DNA of 64,000 nucleotides, taken from positions 186,434,001 to 186,498,000 of the forward strand of contig OZ024740.1 in NCBI GenBank assembly GCA_964016885.1. The letters run 5' to 3'. Origin of the DNA: Eledone cirrhosa. Lineage: Eukaryota. Positions 25,561 through 37,759 of this stretch are shown piece after piece. Numbering within the stretch: the first letter of the stretch is position 1; every line of letters begins with the position of its first letter. A model generated the notes under the pieces. That model did no database searches. It saw only the letters and a program-made list of their open reading frames with translations, and was not told the DNA's origin. A program made the translations under genes and the position numbers.

Positions 25561-25672
25561 TTTAATATAGAAATGGCTTCTACAGTACTAGAACTCTGTC
25601 ATTCGAAGGATTCCTGATGATTTCCTTTAAATGAAACAGTTCTAGTCCTGTAGAAGCCATTTCTATATTAAA
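25561..25672. repeat. Fold-back hairpin with hammerhead core motifs
   Basis: tttaatatagaaatggcttctacag...agaact pairs with agttct...ctgtagaagccatttctatattaaa. CTGATGA at 25614, GAAAC at 25633, GTC at 25645. Confidence 0.8.
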
Positions 25673-26644
25673 TATTGTATATTCTCTATTATGTATTGAG
25701 TACCTTACTTATTGTGGTTACACCCGATTGAACCCGGGATACATACATATATATATATATATAAATTTATTTTATTATAGAAATTACTTCTATAGCTCAA
25801 GATCAGTTTCATTCATAAGAGATCATCAGAAAAGTATTTTTGATAGTGGTCACCTCTCAATTTCTATCAGGGTCCTATTTGTAAATATATATATAGATGT
25901 TATCTATAATGCATACAATGACATATTTTGAATATATAAACGACTTCTCACAATGTGCTCAATATCAAAACAATACTGTAAAGTGTAGAGCTATTTAAAT
26001 GTAGGTAGATATACATTTAAATTTTGTAGAGAATAACACAATCTTTAGTTGTAAATATATAATCAAATATCTTTTAAAAGAAACTAATGCACAGGTCTAA
26101 ATTTTTACTAGCTCCCATGATCTTATTGGAGAGAAAGTGACGTTTTTAGCATACTACAGAAAGATAAAACTATTTATCATTTTCCTATAAACCATAGATA
26201 TGAAATTATATTTATTAGATTATATAATGAGAATAGTTATGGCGTATTTTCTCCTATGAATTAGAGGAATTCAAATGCTAGACAAATGCATTTTTTGGTC
26301 AAATGCTGGGTCATTTAGTATCAAGCTTAAGCTGAATTACTACAAATGATAATAGTCTTTTTTCTTTCACCTCTCTAAAGAACTTGGTAGGATGTGAAAC
26401 ATAATGCTTAATGAGTGAAGAAGTTTATTCAGTATTGTTTTGATCTACATTATCCCTCTTTATCATTATTTCACTTACTGCAGGGTACAAACTGTCATGG
26501 ACATATTTCCTGCATTTATCTCTGTTCATTGCCATTACATTGGATTTTGCCTGCAATTGATATTTAGACAATTTTAAGATCTGATCCCTCCATCTGCTAT
26601 TGGAGCATCCTTGGTTTCCATTTCTAAGTATTATACCATCCACA

Positions 26645-26781
26645 TAGGGCCATATTTTGACCTTGGGGGCTTGGGGTAGTTCAGGTTTGGGTAGGGCCCA
26701 GAGCTCTTCCTTAGGTGAGCCCTGTTTGACAATAGATGCCCAGGGCATTCACCCACTCTGCCTATGATAAATCCAGTCCTG
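26645..26781. mobile_element. Small hAT-like MITE, degenerate
   Basis: Imperfect TIRs agggccatattt / aaatccagtcctg; directly adjacent to an RTE C-terminal fragment (RWRDQI...AMNRDKCRK, minus strand, about 26480-26640). Confidence 0.4.
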
Positions 26782-27115
26782 CCTCCTCACAGATTTTAGT
26801 AAGACCATCAGTTAAGTATTTGATGTGACCAAACAGTTTGAGAGTTACAAAAAAGTTGGTTGTTCTTATGCTTTTTCAGATAGACATAATATTTTAATGC
26901 TGTCAGTTGCATGTTTACCATTAATAAATCTCATAACAATGTTTTGAAATTGATTTTGCAAATCTGGGGACGCAGTTAAGTAAATGTATAATGACAAATA
27001 CTCTTGTTTACAATTGTGGCAATATTAACCACCTTGTGAAGAGTCATTTTATACATCAAAAGATGAAGCATTGTATGTATGCATGTATTTATACACATAT
27101 ATATATATATATATA

Positions 27116-28227
27116 CAGTGGCAGACTGGACAGTTTGCCAGTATACACAATGGCAAGTTGGCCCCAGGGAGGCCACAGTAATATTTTTAGACCCAGTCCA
27201 CCACTGTATCTATATTATATATATAATGCCAATCATTATAAGTTTGAATCTGACATGCAAAAACATATATATATGAATAAAGAGGGGGGGGGGGGGATGA
27301 GGTGCAACAGAAATGAAACATGGATTACAGCTTAAAATATAGTCTAGATAGATGAGAAACAAAACGAGTATGTAGTTTATGGAACACCCAAATGATTTAG
27401 AAGTTGACCTTAAGGAGGAGCAATAACATTAAGAAAGATATGAATGACACCACATCATTTTGTTTCGAAAGTAGGTTTATAAGTATGAATTTTCAGTAGA
27501 TTTTCATAGCTGTCTCAGTGGACTAGCAGTAGGTACAAGAGACGGTGGAGATCCTGGTCTTGGGTTCAATCCTGGTTGAGAGGTACATGTAATCTTTTTC
27601 AGTTTTTATTTTATATCCCATAGAAAAAAACTGAAAAGGCTTACCGGGAATCCTACCCCTGACCAGGATCGAACTTCAGACCAGGATCACCACCGTCTAT
27701 GATTCCTCCAACTAGGCCACCAAGACAGCTACAAAAGTAGAATGAAAATTAATAATTATAAACCTACTTTCAAAATCAAAGTTAAAAAGCTGTAGTGTGG
27801 TTCGTGGCTTTCCTAGAGTTATTAGTTATATTTAGGGTCGACTTGTCAATCTTCTGGCTCTTTGGTAACAACCTTCTTATTCCTATGCGTGTTTACTCTT
27901 GAATTAATTTAACTTGATTATTTTAACAAACAAATAATTTATATATATACACACATATACACGCATTCCCATATATATATATATTGAGTAAGTGTGAAAG
28001 ACCAAAGGTCATTATTGCAAGTCTCTGGATTTTGCAAAATACATAATTTTTTTATTGGAGAAGGTAGGATATGTTTCCACAAAAATTTGATTGCACTGTT
28101 TTGTTTCCACTTAGGTTTTTTTGAAAATGTTATTTATTCATTATAAAAATTAAATGATGGCATTCTATATGTAGGTGGGCCCCCTTCATCTCCTTGCAAC
28201 CAATATTTTTAGATTCAGTCTGCCACT
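27116..28227. mobile_element. MITE with cagtggc(a/g)gactg TIRs, one left end and two right ends
   Basis: ta|cagtggcagactgg at 27116; aatatttttagacccagtccaccactg|ta ends at about 27207; aatatttttagattcagtctgccactg|ta ends at about 28227. Confidence 0.55.
27459..27780. repeat. Fold-back element made of two convergent tRNA-like (Pol III) units
   Basis: Arms about 27459-27607 and 27625-27780. Each has an A-box-like gtgg(a/c)ctag, a B-box ggttcaatcc/agttcgatcc and a T-run facing the centre. Confidence 0.8.
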
Positions 28228-28484
28228 GTATATATATATATATATAGTTTTGCAAAGTTTTTGATATGAAATCGTGTGTCGAAACAGTTAGACTATATAT
28301 ATGTGTTTGTGTCTATATTGTATCCGTATTTTTGACTGTTGGTCAGTCAATGGTAACATTGAGGACCGAATAAATTAAATTAACCGATATAAAGGACACA
28401 GAAGCGAAAACCAACCAAACAGTGAATGTGTTCTGTTATTAATTCTGGCAATATTATTACACAAATATGACCCTCCACAAGTAT

Positions 28485-28519
<35 letters not shown>

Positions 28520-28522
<3 letters not shown>

Positions 28523-28920
28523 TCATCAACATTTTACATCTGCTTTTCCCTGCTTGCAAGGGTGGGACGGCTCCTATTCAGCACAGCATCTCTCCACTTG
28601 TCAGGGTCCTTTGTCATCTCCTCCGTGAGCTTCAGTGATCTGAGGTTTGTTCTCACCACCTCCGGCCATGTTTTTCATGATCTACCTCTACTGAGTCTTC
28701 CTTCTACTAGGATTTCTTGGCATTTCTTTACCCAGCAGTCAACCTCCATGTGCATCACATGTCCATACCATCACAGTCTTCTCTCCCGTACACTACAACT
28801 TATCCCTCTTATACACAGCTTCTCTCTTAACTCATCTATGGTTGGTCCTTCACACACATTGACATTACACATCCAACGGAGCATGCTTGTTTCATTTCTC
28901 TCCAGGTGTCGCATATCCTG
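28520..28920 (-). mobile_element. RTE LINE 3' end
   Basis: Minus strand encodes RRL*WYGHVMHMEVDCWVKKCQEILVEGRLSRGRS*KTW and ends in the cccacccttgcaagcagggaaaagc terminus. Confidence 0.85.
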
Positions 28921-29035
28921 TTTGTGTGTGTGTGTGTGTGTGTGCGTATTCAGTAGAAATTGTTTTGGTAAAAACAGGAGTAAGCAGGAGAAAGCTCTCT
29001 ACACTCATAGTTTGTAGTTACGATGGAGATTCAGT

Positions 29036-29202
29036 ATAAGAATAACATTAACAAAGATGCTGATGTTACATAATTCATAATAATTATTTCAACAGTTCTC
29101 TAATGCATTAACCACATCTTGGATTGCACAAGAGAACCATTCAAATAATTGTTATGAATAAACGATTTGTGTAACATCAGCATCTTTGTTAATGTTATTA
29201 TT
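29036..29202. repeat. Fold-back inverted repeat, arms about 65-70 bp
   Basis: aataacattaacaaagatgctgatgttaca pairs with tgtaacatcagcatctttgttaatgttatt; inner ataattatttcaa/caaataattgtt resembles a hammerhead 3' half. Confidence 0.88.
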
Positions 29203-29204
29203 GT

Positions 29205-29392
29205 GCGGTGAATTGGCAGTATCGGTAGAGGGTCGGATGCCATGCTTTCCAGCATAGTTATGTCCCTTTACGATTTGAGTTCAAATCCCGCCGAGGTTGA
29301 CTTTGCCTTTCATCCTTACGGGGTCGATAAAATAAAGTACCAGTAATGAACTGGATAATTGCTGGCCTTGTGCCTAAAGTAGAAACAATTAT
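29205..29392 (+). mobile_element. tRNA-derived SINE (family A), full length
   Basis: gcggtgaattggcagtatcggtag...gagttcaaatcccgccgaggttgactttgcctttcatcc...ggccttgtgcctaaagtagaaacaattatt. Confidence 0.88.
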
Positions 29393-29639
29393 TGTATATA
29401 TATATATAAAGCTATATCTGTATAAACATATATGTGTGTGAGAGAGAGAGAGAGAGATGGAGAGAGAGAGAGAAAGAGATGGAGAGAGAGAGAGATGTGT
29501 ATGTATTATATGTAATGTCCTAGTTTAGAAATATTCCTTCAGTGACAAGTGGTGAAAAAATAAGTTTCTGGGTTCTTTTTTGTTGTTATTATTCTTATTG
29601 TTATCATTAGATTTCTTTTTATTGCATGTTTTCACTGCA

Positions 29640-30330
29640 TTAGCAATTACAACTCTGTGTCCCTTAGATATGTGCAGTTTTATTTTTAGTGTTGTTACTT
29701 CTATTGCATTAAGAATACTGTTTGTAATATGTGTGCAGTGCCTAAGTGCTATTTTCTGTATGTTGTATATATTTATAAGTGCTTGGATTTGGGTTTATAT
29801 ACCTGTTCCTGTTTTTCTTTCTTTGCCAGAGCACCTATTATTATAGGGATCATTTCCATTTTCATTATCCCAATTTGGTCTGTTGGCTTTGATTGTTCGA
29901 ATAAGTATTTACAGGGAAATTCCATAGGATTGTCATATTCTTGTCTCCTGTGTTACTGCATCTGGGTGATGGTTGTGTCATATTCCATCCATTTTCAGAC
30001 CACAGAAGCTGCACGTTACCCAGTGTAATTATTGCCATATTACCCCACTCTATCATGCCTTGATTTATATTTCTGGGGAGCTAATATTTTGCAGCCCAAA
30101 ACCAGCTGGTCAATGGTCACAACATTTTCATCACAGAATCAACATTTCGGGTCAATTCCAATTCTTATCACATTGGCTTGAAAGTTTTATGCTGAAAGAC
30201 TGGTCGTTTGCAGCCAAAATGAAGGCCTCACTTTCTGCTTTTATCCCAAAACTCAGCAGCCATTGATGGGTGAGATTTGATCTATATCAGGTTATTTGCT
30301 ATGGAGAACATACTGCTCATGCAGTGGTTT
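29640..30330 (-). mobile_element. Old R4/Dong-type LINE fragment (CCHC-REL region)
   Basis: Minus strand reads TIDQLVLGCKILAPQKYKSRHDRVG...TILWNFPV, homologous to the ORF at 59450-62688. Confidence 0.75.
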
Positions 30331-31259
30331 TTGCTCCAATTTAGTGTACAGTCACTGTTGGCCTTCAAGTTTTGCCAACACTTTGATATTCTTTTCAGCT
30401 TTGATTGCAGAATCACCATTATTATTATTATTACTGCTGTTGTTGTATTTTTCCTTAGTTTCTATTTGTGTTTCAATGAAAAGAAAGCTATTGTTTTGTT
30501 ACCTTCTCAGTTTACTCTATATAATGTAGGTACAAAATAAAATGTTGACATTTTGACTATTTTTAAGCAGAAGCTGTCAAATTAATCTCATGTAACATGG
30601 GAAATTTGAATAAATTTTCAGAGAATTATAACTGTTAGAATGTGTTTCATTGAAATGTACTATAAATCTATAAAACATTCAAAAAAACGTAAAGTAACAA
30701 TAAAAGATAAATGAAAAAAAAAAACACTAAAATTGAGTAGAAGAATTTTCTAGGAAAATATAAAGCAGTTGGTATGAAATTGGAAAGAAAATCAGGAAAT
30801 TATTTCAGTTATAAGCTACACTTGGAAAAATAAACATAAATTTTCATAAACTTTTCACATAAATATAGTTATTTTTATTAAAAATATGGCACAAGTAAAA
30901 TAGTAAATAAATGTCTTCTACAAGATTAATCTTATTCAAATTAGTATTAAAATATTTTTTAGCAGAGATATAGAGTAATTTTATGTTGTTTTTTACTTTT
31001 GTTACTTAAAATCTGTGTCATTTCTTCGAAACTTTTAACCATATATCTTTTTCATTTTTAAATTCAGAAGTTGTATATCTTCAAATGCACTTACTAAATG
31101 ATTGATAAAGACTATCATTTAAGTTTTCAAAGAGGTTGTACATTTGTTAATAACATATCTACGTGTCAGTGTTTCAATCAGAATATTATTCTCACCAGCA
31201 GACTTCATAACCCAAAGTCATTCTTACGGAGCTCTGTATGCATTTATGTAGTCTAAATC

Positions 31260-32700
31260 AGGGCTTCATAAAACCCTTTTTACATCGTCACTCACTTTCA
31301 CATGGAAAACTGTTCTACCATCCACCTGTATATATTATTGCAAACAACCACATTATATTATGACATCCTCATCAACAAATTCATCTTTCAAGCTATTCAG
31401 TGGTTGAAATTGATGGAGTTGATGTCTTGAAATGTTTATCATATAGAATGCAAAGATGGACGGTTTATAGTTGACAAAGATGGACGGTTTATAGTTGCTT
31501 TTCCTGCAATAACATGTAATTTATCGAATACATCGCTAAGGAAAACAATATCACATTTTGAAGCAATCAGAGAAGTGAATAGTGGAATATATTGAAGCAA
31601 AATTATTTTATATCAAACTGTTCGACAAAACGAATGCACAATTGCCTTTGGACAACCACTGTATTTCAGTATGGTACAAAAGTCATCATAATTATCAAGA
31701 CAGAGTTGACGGAAAATTCGTTAAAAAAAAATCGAGTTTAGATTGTTCACAGATTTAACTGCAGTATAATTAAGTGATGTAAATAACTAAAGCCTCCTGT
31801 TGATATTTTTTGCAACTAAATGCTGCCAGTGAACCATACAATGAACTGTTAGAACAGGATGAAAAAGTTTAAATATTAAAAGAAAAGAGAAACCACTGCA
31901 TCTACCTGCCATAGCAGGCGCTCCATCAGATGCACAGGCGACAATACTGTTTAATGGGATTTTATGCTCATGAAAAACTAGCTTCAATAGATCTAAAATA
32001 GACGTACCTTTTGTGTCAAGCAACAATTAATCAGTGATGTGCATCTCCTCATAAGGTTGAATATGTTCATTAAAAAACGAACATACACCATTATTTTCCA
32101 CAACTGTTGATTCCTCAACTTGTATGAAAAATTCAGAATATTGGAGATAATGGATGAGTTCATGTTTGATGCCAGTCGCCATTTCATTGATCCGTTGAGG
32201 ATAATTACCAAATGGAATTGCCATGATAATTGTGCCAGATATTTTATACATTACAGTCGATAGATTGTCTCCAAAAACAGGTCGAAGTAATGTTTCACTT
32301 ATAATGTGTGACTTATTGGCCTTTGTGACCATCAACCGAATATTGGGCGATGCAATCATCAATTTTCCTGCTGCGTAGTTGCTTTCTGAAATTCCAAGAT
32401 AAACGTTTTTCCGCTTTTCGAATAAGGTCTTAATTTTTAGGAAATGTGACAAAGGTCTTTCCTTCTGGTCGGCATGCTTAGAATATAAATGCTACTTTAA
32501 ATGTAATGGCTTCATTGCTTAATGTTTGGTTGACTTCTTTGAGGCGAAGTGATAAACCCATAAGATAAATAATCAATGTTGTATTGACGAGAAATTTTCT
32601 TAAATGGAGACATTGGGATGTATAAAAATCGTACAATACAATGAGAAAACAGTAGGAACAATAGATAACAACATTCTCGTACAATAAGTTATTGTTACTC
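31260..32700 (-). mobile_element. hAT Charlie/Buster-type transposase relic (ZBED8/SCAND3-like)
   Basis: KIPLNSIVACASDGAPAMAG...TVHCMVHWQHLVAK, LYHTEIQWLSKGNC, KSHIISETLLRP, FFIQVEEST; multiple stops and frameshifts. Confidence 0.85.
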
Positions 32701-33473
32701 GAACTTCGTTTTCAATAATCAACAAATACGAAAACACATTACAATCACTAAGTGATGCATTTTCATATATATATATATAATAGAATGTGTGTTAAAAAAA
32801 TACAATAATATTTAAAATATCCTAGCATTAAATGAATGAGCAAATAATGCTGATAGATAGAGAGTAGAAATTCATTTTCTGAATAGAAAAGTGGCAGTGC
32901 TTCAAGGTTTCAGTTTATATATATATGTCATCAGAGGAAGTCTATCATTGTTTATATCAATAACGCCTATGAGGAAAGTTTAAGTTCAATAAGGCTTACA
33001 CAACACCCCATAGATCACCATATCCTATTGACATAAGGGATACCAAAGGAAGAAAAATAGTAATAGTAGTAAGAGTAACAGAGGTCAAAGAGATGTGTTG
33101 TAAGTATTTACAAAAATAAAAATATATCCAATATTAAAGGTATAATCACTTTGTTTTTCCCTCTCCCTGAAAACAAAAATATTAAAACTGCAAATAAATA
33201 TATTTGTATACATGCCAAACTTGTAAATTATTTCTTTAGGTCAATGCAATATTTGTTTAAATGAAATTAATAATGAGTGTAAACACAGTTACTGTCTGTA
33301 GGACTCTTTGACTTTTAAAGCAGAAATGAATGAATTCACATAAGACCTAGGCCTGAAAGAAATCAAAAGGAGAAATATTTTTAAAGAAAAGATTCTTGGA
33401 TACAAATGAGTCTTATTGGTTCATATATTTTCATTTATTGTAAACTGAAGAAACAAATACACAATATATATAT

Positions 33474-36249
33474 TAGGGTGTTCCAGAATCCCACATTTTA
33501 CACAAAAGTGTTTTTTCTTTCTTAGCTCCCTATGCATTTTCTCATGCCATTTTGTATATTATCAATTTATAATGTAATTTTGATTATTTCAGACTAATTT
33601 AAGTCTTGCCTAATAGTTGCAAATTGTCAGAATAATGGCAGAAACCAGTGGGCCTAGTTGTAGCTACTCGCTCCGTTGTGATGATTGAGAAATATGGCTC
33701 CTGGGGCAATATGTTACATCCTTTTCACCAAACAAAATACCAACAAAGGGGGACGTTCTAAGATATTTCTTCTACCTAAAAGATGGTCCTATGAAACACG
33801 AAAAGCATGTGAGCTTCAATGGTACTATTGCGGATAGGCTTGTGATGGAAGTAGTTAGTCAGTAGGAAAAAGGCCGGTGTGGCGACTCAACGAAAAGACA
33901 AAGTGAAACTGAAAATTATGAACATGTACAGTGAATACAGAAATTTACAAAAATACAAATGTTCTAAGTCTAACAAAGAAAAGGAAGCACTATTTATTTC
34001 TGAATTGGATTTGTATTTCTACATTGCACATACTGATGCTGAAAAGGAAATTTTGAAAGACCGTCTTCGTAATAATGAACAGAAAATGGAAGATGCTACA
34101 TTTTACGAAGCCCAGGGTTGCCAGAAAAAAGTATCTATGGGTGCTGAAGACAAGGGTTACCAGAAAAGGGTATCTTCAAAGTTTAAGCGTGATCAGGTTT
34201 CTGTGGCTCGTTGAGAGTCAGAGAACCATAGAAAGCGTTTGTCAGGATCTGTAGCAGCACAACTTCCACGTAATGAACTGAGTGATTCAAGTTCAACCAA
34301 TGATGAAACTGAAGATGAACAGGATCCTGAATTTCAGGCCTCAAACCCACCCAGAGACAGCTCAAAGTCAGACAAGAAACGAAAAATCCACCCGGGACTC
34401 CCAAAGAATCCATTTCAAAGTCCAAAATTTTCTCTAATGTCGAATCGTTTAAACCTGACACTGGGCCAGAGAACAGCATTTATGGCAACGATTATTTCTG
34501 AGGGTGGAACTGAACTGACATAGACGCCAAAAATCTTTCCTAGAATAGTAGCAGACATGCAGCTAAGAAGGAACTGGGGGGGGGGGGGGGGCTGAACACA
34601 TAAAGGAACAATTTTCTGTACCAGACTTTGTTACCTTTCATTGGGATGGCAAAATAATTCCTGGTGACCAAGAGAGGCTAGGTGTGCTAGTTGCTGGAAC
34701 TCCGGACTTCAGAGAAGGTAAACTCCTTGGTGTTCCCATAATTCCTGATGGCACTGGAACCACCCAAGCCAAAGCATCATTTGATCTTGTTAAAGATTGG
34801 AATGTTGATGGATCTGTAGTGGGCTTGGTCTTCGACACAACTGCTTCGAATTCTGAATGGAAAAATGGTGCCTGCGTGAAACTAGAAGAAATGCTCAACG
34901 AAAAGGTGTTTTATTTCGCTTGTCGGCGACATGTCATGGAGCGTATCTTGTGTGCAGTGTGGCAACAACTATTCGGAGTAATGTCCAGTCCAGACACCCC
35001 AGAGTTCAAGGAGTTCAAAAAAGATTGGGTGTCACTCACGGACAAGACTAACTTTGAAACATTGAACATTGTCGACCGGAGACTCAAGCGTCTGTGTTCT
35101 GAGAACATCAAGTTCCTCCAAGATTTGCTAACATCCGACGATGGGAAAATGAGTTTTCTTCCACGGGACGACTACCGAGAATGTGCCGAGTTGATGTTGA
35201 TCTTGCTTGGTGTCACTCCTCCTCGTGGAATTCATTGGATGCTGCCTGGTGCACATCCTAACGCTCGGTGGATGTCCACAATCATCTATAGTGACTCAAT
35301 TACGATCAAGCTAAAATGGAAAAGTTGCGCCAGATCTGGATGTTCAATGCTCTGTTCTACGTGCAATACTGGCTGACAGCAGTCAAGTGCAGTGATGCAC
35401 CATCCGATGACCTTCAATTCTACGTGGAGTTGACACAGTACAGTAAGGTTGACAGAGATCTCTCGCAGGCAGCCACTACTGCTCTGAGCAGGCATCTTTG
35501 GTACCTGACGGAGGAAGTCATTCCGCTAGCGCTGTTTTCAAGTCGGGTCCAAGAGTCCGAGAAGAAACAAATAGCCCAACTTTTTGTCAAAACGAAAACG
35601 TCTGGGCTTCTCGACCGTGGTGCTCCAGTATTTCCCGAGTTGAAGTCGTCCACAAAGCTGCCTCATCTAGTTGGGAAGAAATCAAGGCTTCTGTTCGATC
35701 TCCTTGGTCTCGACGATACTTGGCTTGAACTCTCACCTGCAACTTCGTCAACACAAACGTCATATCAAAATGCCTGTGCTGTTGTTCACAATATCAAGGT
35801 AGTCAACGATCTGGCGCAGAGAGCAGTCAAGTTGATAACTGATTATGTTGCCATCACCAAGAATGAGGAGAAGCAGTCTGTTCTTCAAGTAGTTGAAGCT
35901 CATCGTCGCAAGGTCCCGGATTTCAAAAAAGAAACTCTGAAAAAAATATGACTGGAGTTAACTTAACTGAACTTGCTTCTTCCTTGTACGCCTTTATATT
36001 CAAAGCAGGTTTACTAAATATAATGGATTAATAAAATAAACAATTATTGTATGATCATATTTGGTTTCACATTTTCAGGATTTCATGCAATTTAATCACA
36101 CTTTCCACTATAATCACCATGATATAGGCAAGGCTCAAAATAATTTATTTTATACAAAATATGTTGTATTTTACCAATTGGAGCATTTATAATGGGAAAA
36201 TACACAGGGAGTGTTAGTATTGTGACCTTGCTTTTTATGACACACTCTA
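33474..36249 (+). mobile_element. hATm-type DNA transposon, complete ends
   Basis: Imperfect TIRs TAGGGTGTTCCAG / TAGAGTGTGTCAT; 8-bp flanking repeat atatatat at 33466-33473 and 36250-36257 (in a TA tract, so weak on its own); encodes a transposase. Confidence 0.82.
33635..35951 (+). pseudogene. Disrupted hATm-type transposase
   Basis: LHWDGKII, LLGVP...GTG, GLVFDTTASNS, ACRRHVME, RDDYRE, PGAHPNARWM, RHLWYLTEE, VVNDLAQRAVKL; split over ORFs 33879-34214, 34239-34523, 34684-35376 and 35316-35951. Confidence 0.85.
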
Positions 36250-36661
36250 ATATATATAAATATATATACATACTGAACTTATGTTAGTATTTACTGATTT
36301 AATTGAACTAAAACCCATATTATTGGCCAGAGAAATAGAGTGTGAGAGGGAGAGTGAGAAAGAGATATATAGGTGTGAGTTAATAAATGTTGAGCAAAGT
36401 ATTGAAATAAGTATAGAGATAGCAAGTCTGAGAAGATGAGTAAGTGAGAAGGAAATATGTATAAAGAGAGAAAAAAGGAAGGTAAAAACCTGACTGTGGC
36501 ACCTAGCCTTTGTGACTTGTATTTGGCAATACCTATTCTGCTTCTTCCCATCCTTAGAGTACTCTCCTAATTTGTGGTCTCCCTGCTCTTGGCACCAAAG
36601 AATTTATATACATATATAAAATCTACAGCCAGGATTTTACATAGTTCTATCAATATCTATA

Positions 36662-36750
36662 GAATTGTTTCTACTTTAGGCACAAGGCCAGCAATTACCC
36701 AGTACATTACTGGTACTTTATTTTATCGACCACCGTAAGGATGAAAGGCA
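36662..36750 (-). mobile_element. 5'-truncated SINE (family A) with TSD
   Basis: SINE 3' half flanked by caatatctata(g/t)aat direct repeats. Confidence 0.8.
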
Positions 36751-37759
36751 ATATCTATATAATGTTCTTAATTACTCTGCCAATTCGCTAGCTTCTAACA
36801 GTTATTGATAATTGCAAAATATATTTCATCAGATGCAGCGACATCACCTCGAACTTTGAAATCTTTCTGATGAAATGCAGTATTTAACGTATTGCTAGTG
36901 AATGGGCGTAATAATAATTTTAATATGCAACCAACACTCGTAGACAGATACTGTATTGAAACATGTGTTAAAGAATGAATTTTGATTAAATTCTTCATTT
37001 CTAATCTATCCTTCATGCCTAGTCATTTGATTTTCCTACACATAGAAATATATATATATATATATATATATATAATGTATAATAAACAATACAATATAAT
37101 TACCACATTACCAGAGGTTTCCCGAATAAGACGAATACGAAAAACGTCCTCATTCGTTCGTCGTACAAGGCAATTTAAAATATAGTGAAATATTTGAAAA
37201 GTCTCCTCAAGAAATGCAAGAGTTTAACGGGCACAAAATATATAAATAAAAGTAATGCAAGAGATATATAAAAAAATAAGGAAATATAGTTAGGGTATGT
37301 GTATAAGTATGTATATACACTCACAAATGTACATATGTGTGTATGTACAAATGCATGTGTATGGTGAAAATGTGTGCGTAAGTACATATATGAGGGCAAG
37401 TATATTTGTGTATGTGTTACCACAAATACGTATATAATATGAGTTGAAAAAGGAAATTGTAAGATAATATAGTTCACACGCATCCAGATACAGGTATTAA
37501 ATACACATACGAGTATGAAAGCACGCGTATAAACACATACACACGCGTGGTCACTTATATGCGGAAGATAAAGAGGGAAGGGAGTGTAATAGTAAAAAGA
37601 AGTGTCATTCTCGATATATGTATAAAAATGAAACAATATATGAGAATGAAAAAAATTTTAAATCAAAGAGAAAGTAATCAATTAACACTAGAGAAAAGAA
37701 AACAAACATAGGTACGCACATACACACACATATATATATATATATATAAAATATTTATA

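Noticed and set aside
34575-34592. G-run as a functional G-quadruplex
   Set aside because: A homopolymer expansion inside a dead transposase, and prone to sequencing error.
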